Shown here in pieces: positions 55,929-64,000 of a stretch of 64,000 bases of DNA (the stretch's first letter is position 1; each line of letters starts with the position of its first letter). Below the pieces are notes generated by a model. The model did not search any database and had not been told where the DNA came from. It saw only the letters and a list, made by a program, of their open reading frames with translations. Both the position numbers and the translations under genes were made by a program. This DNA is from Tubiluchus corallicola (taxonomy: Eukaryota > Animalia > Priapulida): contig JAQGDQ010000317.1 of NCBI GenBank assembly GCA_030141605.1, positions 124,001-188,000 of the forward strand. Reading direction: 5' to 3'.

Positions 55929-56549
55929 GTAAGATACTCAAATCAAAATTGCGGTTGTAGTTTAAGTGTTAAACTTTAAACAGTAAAATTGCATAAAACG
56001 GTCTTGCATAATTCGTTTAATTTACAATACTCGATATATTATATGTTCGTACCCGTATTATCAGTCAATCACAATACGAGATTATTTATAATTTAAAAAA
56101 TGTTGGTACTTCTCATTTAGTAGGCGTACCATATATAACCATGTGAATAGTTATTTCAAACTTTTATTATGTTTTGCACTTATTGTTAAACTGGTGCAGT
56201 GGCCATAAATCTGTATTAATGATATACATTTTCCACTAGTGATTTGATGTGTTCATTAACCACAGTACGCAATTCTTTCAGTTGTATGTCACTCATTATA
56301 TCTACTTTTCAGCTGAATGCATCTATAGATGTCAACTATAACACAGTACTCATTATTAATCTCATTTTGACATTGCCATAAAACCTGTTTTGTTACATTT
56401 TTCTATGTGACATATTAAATTCCCCCTAGCTTTGGATATTTACGCAGTTTGGAACATTTATGGCTATGTCATAAAATAAAACACGAAACTTACACATTTT
56501 AAGAAAATAAAGGGAAACCTGGTAATCTTTGTTTCGAAAGAGTCCACGC

Positions 56550-57900
56550 CTCCACATGGACTTGGTCTGTCAGCAAATGATTTGTAAGCCAAGAACAACA
56601 AAATACGATTAGTTAATCCGGAATATATAGACAAGTGCTGTTTTTGCAGCGTGCAGAGAAATGTGTGAAACTGATCCGCCTGCGCTTGTTGGACCCTCAG
56701 GAAATACTTACTGTGAGAAAACCAAATGTTTGTTTTGGGTATCCAGAGATCCCAAGCTTTTCCAGAGAACAGATGATGAAATGATTTTTTGAAAGTGAAT
56801 GATATAGGACTTTACAGAAGGCAGGCTTAACGTTGGCATTCGTCAGGAGACAGTCTCTTACAATTGATTCCACATTGAACTCATTTTTTTGTGTCATTGT
56901 GTATTTAATAGGTTATTTTTCTTATTGTTGGGGTCAACGTGAATTTGTTACTTTTCTGTAGATGCATAGTAATCTTTTGATAAGCTGGTCAGACAACTTC
57001 ATAGTCCCGAAACTGTTATCTAAGTTGCCGTAAGAACTTGCTGTAGGTCTAATCTCGCTTTGGGTTTCATGTATATATTTCTGGAAGAAATATTGTTGCC
57101 AAGGTCCCTTCAGTGGTATATCACTTGCTACTTCAGCGTGTGGTATTTGAGGCATGATTAATTGAAGTCTTTCGTGAGCCGTTGACTTAACTGGCTTCCG
57201 TTATTTGGTTCATACAATCCTACATCATAGTTTCCTGTCAAGGAAATGACTGAGTTGATCAATGTTTGAAAACAGCAGGGTTGCTGCCCAGAGCATCAGT
57301 TAGGGTCATCTGATCCTGATTGATTGACATGTGTTTCAAATTCCCTAGTGTTTTTTGTGTTTTTTTGAACTTGTGTGTAGTTGGTTGGTGGGCTGCATTC
57401 AATTTTTCATCTTCGATCTGTTTCCTGTCTCTGTGCAGCTGACCTGTTCAATAGCTTGAACAAATTGGAAGTGCAAGTCTAATTTACAGTCGTGTAGAAT
57501 TTACTTACGAGGGACCCCGTTGATGTGATTTATTACAAATTTGCAGAGTGTTAAAGAATTTGGACAAATTGCTGCACTTCATTTTATATTGAAGTTTCTG
57601 TTTTCAGATCATTATGGTCATTACTGGTGCTGCAACTCCAATAGTAGCTTTGTTGCCTGCTACCATTGCAAGTCGTCTGTTTGACCATTCGCATCATGTT
57701 TTCAGTGTAAATAAATGACTTGTCCATTTCTTAGTGCTTCATCAGAGCTATTGAGTAAGTGAAGAAACTCACCAGAAAGTAAAATCCTGCTACAGTTAAA
57801 ATTGCTTTTTAGAAAAGCTTCCAGAGCTGTAAGGGAAAATTGGAGAACAGCAGGATGGTATTGCAGACTGCAGAGGAAGTCATTTTCCTTAAGCATTGTC
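56550..57900 (-). mobile_element. Highly decayed LINE (CR1/L2-like) fragment
   Basis: Remnants ILLSGEF (compare endonuclease GDFN) and KPAFCKVLYH...LEKLGISG...FL (compare RT KAFDKV.H..L..KL...GI.G) occur in the correct order on the minus strand. Confidence 0.45.
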
Positions 57901-57954
57901 ACTTATCTTGGAAGATATGAGACCATAAATATACAAAAACATCTTTGTTGAAGC

Positions 57955-58722
57955 CTCGGTGGGACCTCCGATTTTTCGTTTCAAAATTGCCCAAATTCCG
58001 TTTCAAACAATCGTCAATACCATTTCAATTCTGCTTCACAAAAAATAGAAACTACTATAACTAATATTTACCATCAAATTATGTAACGTGTGATAGAATA
58101 AATAAATAAATTTTTATTTGAATTAACTAAGTAGTTTATCAAGCATTTGTGTTCGACTTTACGTAACATAAGAGTAGGAACATCTATTTGGAAATTTTAT
58201 ATATTTATTTTTCACAGACTAAAATCAGTTTTCCACATCACCATTATAATACAGCCTTATTAACAGCTTGGAGGTTTTACAGATTGATTACTTTTTTGGC
58301 TGAACATTACCTTTGTTGCCCATTTTGAAAGATGAATTAAATAGACTTGAATTGAGATCATAAAGGGATAGAATTTAAACAAATTCTATTTTGTGAATCA
58401 AAATTTTTTGAAGACATGGCTTTCATGCTCTTTACGTCAATGTGGGAAACCTTTGACAAACTTATTGCCATTTGTTATCGGCTGGTCTAAAGAACTTCCC
58501 GTATTTCTCATGGCAAATGCAAAAATAGAATAAAAGTGTGTAGTGGATGCACAATATGTATAGCAAGGTCAAGAAAGGCTGTAAAAACTACTTAATTTTG
58601 CCCTAAAGTAACAAGTGAAGTAAACTTCGTCTCTAGTACGCATTAAATTTGCAGAAAAGTCGGAAGTCGGCCCAATTCCATCCTTTTTCCATTATCGCGA
58701 AAAATCGGAGTCACTAACCCTG
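57955..58722. mobile_element. Degenerate hAT-like non-autonomous element
   Basis: Inverted motif ctccgatttttcg (about 57966) / cgaaaaatcggag (about 58698), with a right end reading ...actaaccctg. The left TIR is eroded and no TSD is clear. Confidence 0.45.
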
Positions 58723-61700
58723 CCACCTTTTAGTCATTTGCTAACTTTGAAGCATGTTGTATGTAATCAATACCACAAGTATTGTAAGACAATGTTGTAA
58801 TAATGTACTAAGACGTAACTTTTCCATTTCGATAGTTTGCACTGAGCTGCAATTCCCCATAAAAATTATTCTTTCCAATTCAGTTAAAATAGAGTTACAC
58901 TTAGTCATAATGGAAATTAATGGCATTAACTAATGAAATTAATAGCACTCAGTACTGCCATTGTTCTGAAAGTGAATAGCTGGCAATTTGAAACTGTTAC
59001 TCCTGTGAAACCGGATTTTTCACTTTCCAAAGTAACGAATTTTGACATCGTTTGATCCAAGTTGTTGACTTGACCTTCTCAAACTCAACTCATTGTTAGT
59101 TTAATGAGTTTTCTCCTGATTTATTATAATTACACGTGGATTTCACATTAATTATGATCATTTGTCAAGTGATTAAATGGTATCGGTGGACTGGTCCTCA
59201 TTACTCAAATTGCAGTGGCTAAACCCAGGCGTAGTTAAATTAAAAATTCATGGCTATTAACTGCATGCCCTTTAGCCTTGTTGTGGATTAGCTTTTGTTT
59301 AATTACAAGGAATTTTTTATTAAATCACAATCTACGTTATTATGCGTTGGACCAAACAATGTCATATTCTTATATTTTTACAATTTCTTTCCACACAATA
59401 TTTTTTGTTTACTTTTAAGTGGCTAGTGCATTCTTTGGTTAAAAAAAGGAGTGATGATTATCTACAATTTGCTAATAAGAAAATGAAAATATTTATTTCG
59501 TTAATTGGCAAATTGTTGGATTTCCACTTTTAATAAGAGTATTGACAAATGTTTCACGAACTTTCCATTTTTTGTGGTTTCATCAGGTTGCACTAAAGCG
59601 GATTTCATCTATTTTTACTTTCTATAAGCGACTTTCAGATGCTGTCTTTCATTACAGTCTTCTGTTTGGTGTTTGTGCTGCATCTGTTTTCCCTCTGTAG
59701 GGGGTAGGAAGTTTTCAGTTAAAAACTTTGTCGTTCAATGTTCTTGTTGTAGATACGTGGCTGCAGGTCAGCTTTCTGGTGTGTGACATGCTAATGTTAA
59801 ACAGAACACAAAATGCACACAAATGTGAAAAACAAATCTAAAAATGAACTTTCTGAGAATTACTCCATAGTGACACATAAGAAAAATATTTTTTTATAGT
59901 GATACAATACTTTAACGAATAACAGTACATTAAAAATTGCCAGAATATAATGTACTTTTCAGTTCATTACAGTGCTTGTCCAAGTCTGCTCATTCCTTGC
60001 GCTTAGTTTTTATGTTCTATTTTCTACAAACAATAGTACTTTTTCTGCAAACCAGCCTCAGAACTTTATACACGAAACTATCTACTATCATCCCATTGCA
60101 TGTCCAAGTATTAGACGATCGTTTCAGCACATGTTAAAATTGTCTACACTCCTCGTATTTAAAACCTGAGCTTCATTATTCTGAAGCATTTTCAGAATCT
60201 CGACCGTTTGTTCATTGAATAGTTCCTGGGCTTGTAGATGTCTAACAAATATGATTTTCTTTTACTTAGTGGGTACCACATCAACTTTATTTCAAGCTCA
60301 TCAAAGTAACCAGTGTTTAAATTCTAAATGTAGCTACCTGTTAGTGACAACAGTACTGCGCCTAGCCACTTAGTACTGCACTATAAGCACATCATTTTCT
60401 CCAGCTTTTTTTACGAACTTTTTTTTTACAAAACGCTTTCATGTGGAATTTTTTATTTTGTTTTATTCCTGTTTCTTGCGTCTTTGCTCCTTACTCACAT
60501 ACCTTTAAGGTAGGTGTAAGGTATTATATAAAAATTTAATTATTAAAATCCTATATCTTATCGGTACCATGACTCATTTTTTTGTTAAATTGATGCATCG
60601 ATTTGGTGCACCAATCTGGCAAAAAAACGAGTTGTCTTCTAAATAATCGGCACTCATATTGAATTGATGAGCAATTAATGACGCCTCTACATTCGTAAAT
60701 AATCATGCTACTGCTCACCATGCATAATTATTAAATACACATGACCTCATTGACCTGTACAGCTGTTTAGTTAGACTAAGATTTCCCAATATGAGAGGGG
60801 TATTCTTACATGAGTACAGTACCGCTTTGCACGTTTGCGTCTTTGTGAAAGGAGATTCTTGCGTCCAATAACCCTTACTACTTTGACGAAAATGAAATTC
60901 TGTATAGTTTATTAATAACCCGATGTTGTTGATCACCGTGTACAGGAAAGGAACTTAGGGGAAGAGACGAGAGACGTCCCAGTATTATTGTACAAATATT
61001 TTTTTCAATTTACGAAACGAACATGTCCCTACGAGCTGCAATACCTGCCCCGCACGATTTTGTAAATGCCATTGTCAGAAGAAACTTCAGCGACTCATTT
61101 CGCTGAGTTGAACAGTACTTGACTGGTGACCTAGAGTGTTCGTCTCAGTAATCCCTGTCACACACGTTGTACAGTCTGACAAATATTGAATGGTTTGCCA
61201 ATGCCGGTTGAAGCCCTGGCTAGCTTGTAGACAGAGTCTACGGGATTATGTTAGTTGTAAATCAAGATTATAGACACGCGGAGAGGATACGCGAACAGAT
61301 GGGCCTAGTTTTACTCTGTTGGATTAACGATGGTGGGGGCTGGTCGGTGCAATGTGATCCTGCAGAGCTCTGATATTTTCTGTTTTTAATAGAAGGATCA
61401 AATCTGTTAATTGGTTAAGCGTCGAAGTCACTAAAATGGCAAGGAAGAATATTTATCGGAAATAATTAAACAGTAGCTGTGGGCGTAAGATCGTCATTGT
61501 TCGTATTTGAACCAGAAATCAGCTAAATTTATTCCAGAGGATATACGTTGGGTCTTTGGCGCATTGCATATGAGAAACAGTCGTTCTTATTTTTGATGGC
61601 TTCATTGCCTACATTGACTTCATATTATCGAGTACATCTAATTTCCATAGTACACGTACATCAAACGAAACATCATCCAAATTTTCGTAAGTATACGTAC

Positions 61701-63348
61701 ATCTTTAAAGGGTTTCCACAATGAGAAATGTGAACAGCTTTCACGTTTCACACGTGTTATGCTGGTGCAGTCTGACCACAAAAAATCTTCTGCAAAAAAT
61801 TCTAATATTTCGTTAAGTATTTTGCCTTTCTCTTGTAAAAGCAACTGAAAGTTTTCAATAATGAGGTTTTACACACGAAGAGAAATATTTTGAAAGCTGC
61901 CAGCACTTCAGAACGTTGAGTTAATAGACGAATGAGGCTTGCGAAACTGGTGCAAAGTTGGTATCCAGAAGCCATGTAATAATTGTGGAAACCTTGGAAT
62001 TTCTCTGGCTTTGGCTTTACAACTGTCTTCTGCCTGCGGTCATTTGTTTGGTGTTCATATTTGATAACTAAATACATTAGTGTTTGTTCTGTTTATATTG
62101 CAATCAATTTTGTAACGTACCATAATGGTTTATAAATCTATTACACGTATTATGTGAATGCAAAACACCGTGAAATCACTTGTACGAAATACTGAACACA
62201 TAGGATTACAGTAGGTCAATAAAAAGTAATGCGGGCTGCACGGTTCTTTTTATGTTTGTAATACAATGAATGTCTCATGAGCTGTACGTGGCAAAGACAT
62301 GTGGAAGTCAATAAATTTATTAGAGGGAAACGGCAGAAAAGAGTGCATATACTTCTATAATCTGCCGCGCGTTAAAATTGCTTTCAGTCGTGGGCTTCTT
62401 GATGCAATAAAATTACACACTGTAAAGCAGCACGGCAAGTGAGTGTGTAAAGTACTGAAACTGCCATAATAAAATTTCAATCTTGCATTTTGTGTAATAT
62501 TGCAATCATTTTCTAGCTTTCAGCAGCGCAAGAAATGGCACAATTTATGACATTTATAGATTTACCAAACCTTGTATGACGACTGTGCTTTTCTTGAATA
62601 TCAAGCTAATGTACGTAATTCATTGATTTTAACGGAGATAATGCTTTTCTAATTGTGTTATAATAAACCATTTAACCGTTATAATTCTCGAGCTGTAGAC
62701 GACTAGCTCTGTCGAAAACTTTTCGTTTCTATGACAACGGCAGTAGCATCCTATTCTCTCTCAGTCTCCACTTTTATGAGCAGCTGAAAATGAGAGAAAA
62801 ATTGGCTATCTCTGGCGATTATTATGAGATTAGTAGCTGTGGTAGCCAAAGCGCTTCTTATTGGATCTACTTAATAATTCATATAAATCGCGCTTCGTTT
62901 CCTGTTATTGATCTTATTGCTGTACCCTCGTCGCCACATCAGAACCATGTACCCATCCATAAATGTATGTAATAGCAATATGGAAAACAGTAAAAGACTG
63001 CTGTTGCTGCTGCAAAACTGACCGTATAACGCAGGAGCTGCTGACAGAGGGTTATATTACATTTCACATACAAAATATTTGAGTGCTGGAATCCATTGAT
63101 AGTATAATGGAGATCACTTATTGGTCACGCTTTAGTTTTTAAATTGAAGTCCTTGAATTAAGCGCCAGTTATTGAGCAATCATAATTTAGGATAATGTAC
63201 ATTGATAATTGTTTCTGGTATCGCTTCTGTACTCTGTAGACTTTGTATATATATTAAGTGTTAACTAATAAATTACTTGTGTTTTTGAACGAACTATCTA
63301 TGTAACTATATTCTTGATAACCAGTTGTATATATCTATTCTCAACTAA

Positions 63349-63398
63349 TATGTATATATATATATATACAGTGTACAGGTATATATATATATATATAT
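63349..63398. repeat. Interrupted (TA)n microsatellite
   Basis: Directly visible in the sequence. Confidence 0.85.
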
Positions 63399-64000
63399 AA
63401 ATTGGTGCTAGGTAGATGACGTCCCTATAGGTATTCCCTAAATTAAATTAAATTAAACTTTTAGCGCATCAATGAAACTCTGGGAAGATGTTCTTTACAC
63501 TTTACTGAATAAAGGTCAGTAGTTCTTAAATAATGAATTTTGGCCATGGAGAGATCACTTATAAGCCACTCTTAAGTTTTCTATGGTTTGCCCTATGTAG
63601 GGGATGCACGTCCGTAATGCACCCTAAAATCAATTTGCATACACCTTTTTGAGTACATCAGTGAAACTTACCGAGAATATTCTTTAGATCTTACGTAGTT
63701 CTTAAATAAAGAATTTGGTACAAAACCTATTTAAGAACAACTCTAAAGCGAAGGCATGATTACCATTTAAGCACACCTAAAGTATGTCAGTGAGAAATTT
63801 TCAACCTATATTGTTAAATGCATAAGTACCAGTATCATTTATAAATGTATACTTATGGGACAGATCGTAAAAGGTAGACACTGCTATCCCACTGGCAAGT
63901 CAGCATGGATTGCAGCTTATTTAGTTACAGTATTGCCATGACAACGGCAAAATGGTTAAATCATCTCAAAATTCAGTTGAGCTTTATCTTCTGCACCATG

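Noticed and set aside
1-64000. CRISPR arrays, operons, prokaryotic defence systems, rRNA or intact tRNA genes
   Set aside because: The window is spliced eukaryotic DNA. I saw no regularly spaced repeat-spacer array, no long intronless ORF and no recognisable structural RNA gene.

Overview
AT-rich, intron-rich animal (invertebrate-like) genomic DNA, not prokaryotic. Most ORFs in the supplied track are exon fragments or noise. I assembled three spliced genes by hand, checking splice sites and phases. (1) A complete classical calpain on the minus strand (18 coding exons, about 683 aa, CysPc-C2L-PEF, intact Cys/His/Asn triad) that carries a minor-spliceosome (U12-type) intron. (2) A complete PPP1R21/KLRAQ1 (FERRY complex) orthologue on the minus strand (20 coding exons, about 766 aa). 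(3) The first three coding exons of an MRCK/CDC42BP (Genghis khan) kinase on the plus strand, head-to-head with PPP1R21. Introns and intergenic DNA hold several hAT and Tc1/pogo-like MITEs, decayed LINE fragments, a probable SINE and microsatellites. The best leads are the U12 intron, phase-compatible cryptic exons that could change the PPP1R21 C-terminus and the MRCK N-terminus, a nested foldback/hAT structure between the divergent genes, and possible ancient calpain-MRCK linkage. I found no convincing wholly new biological system.
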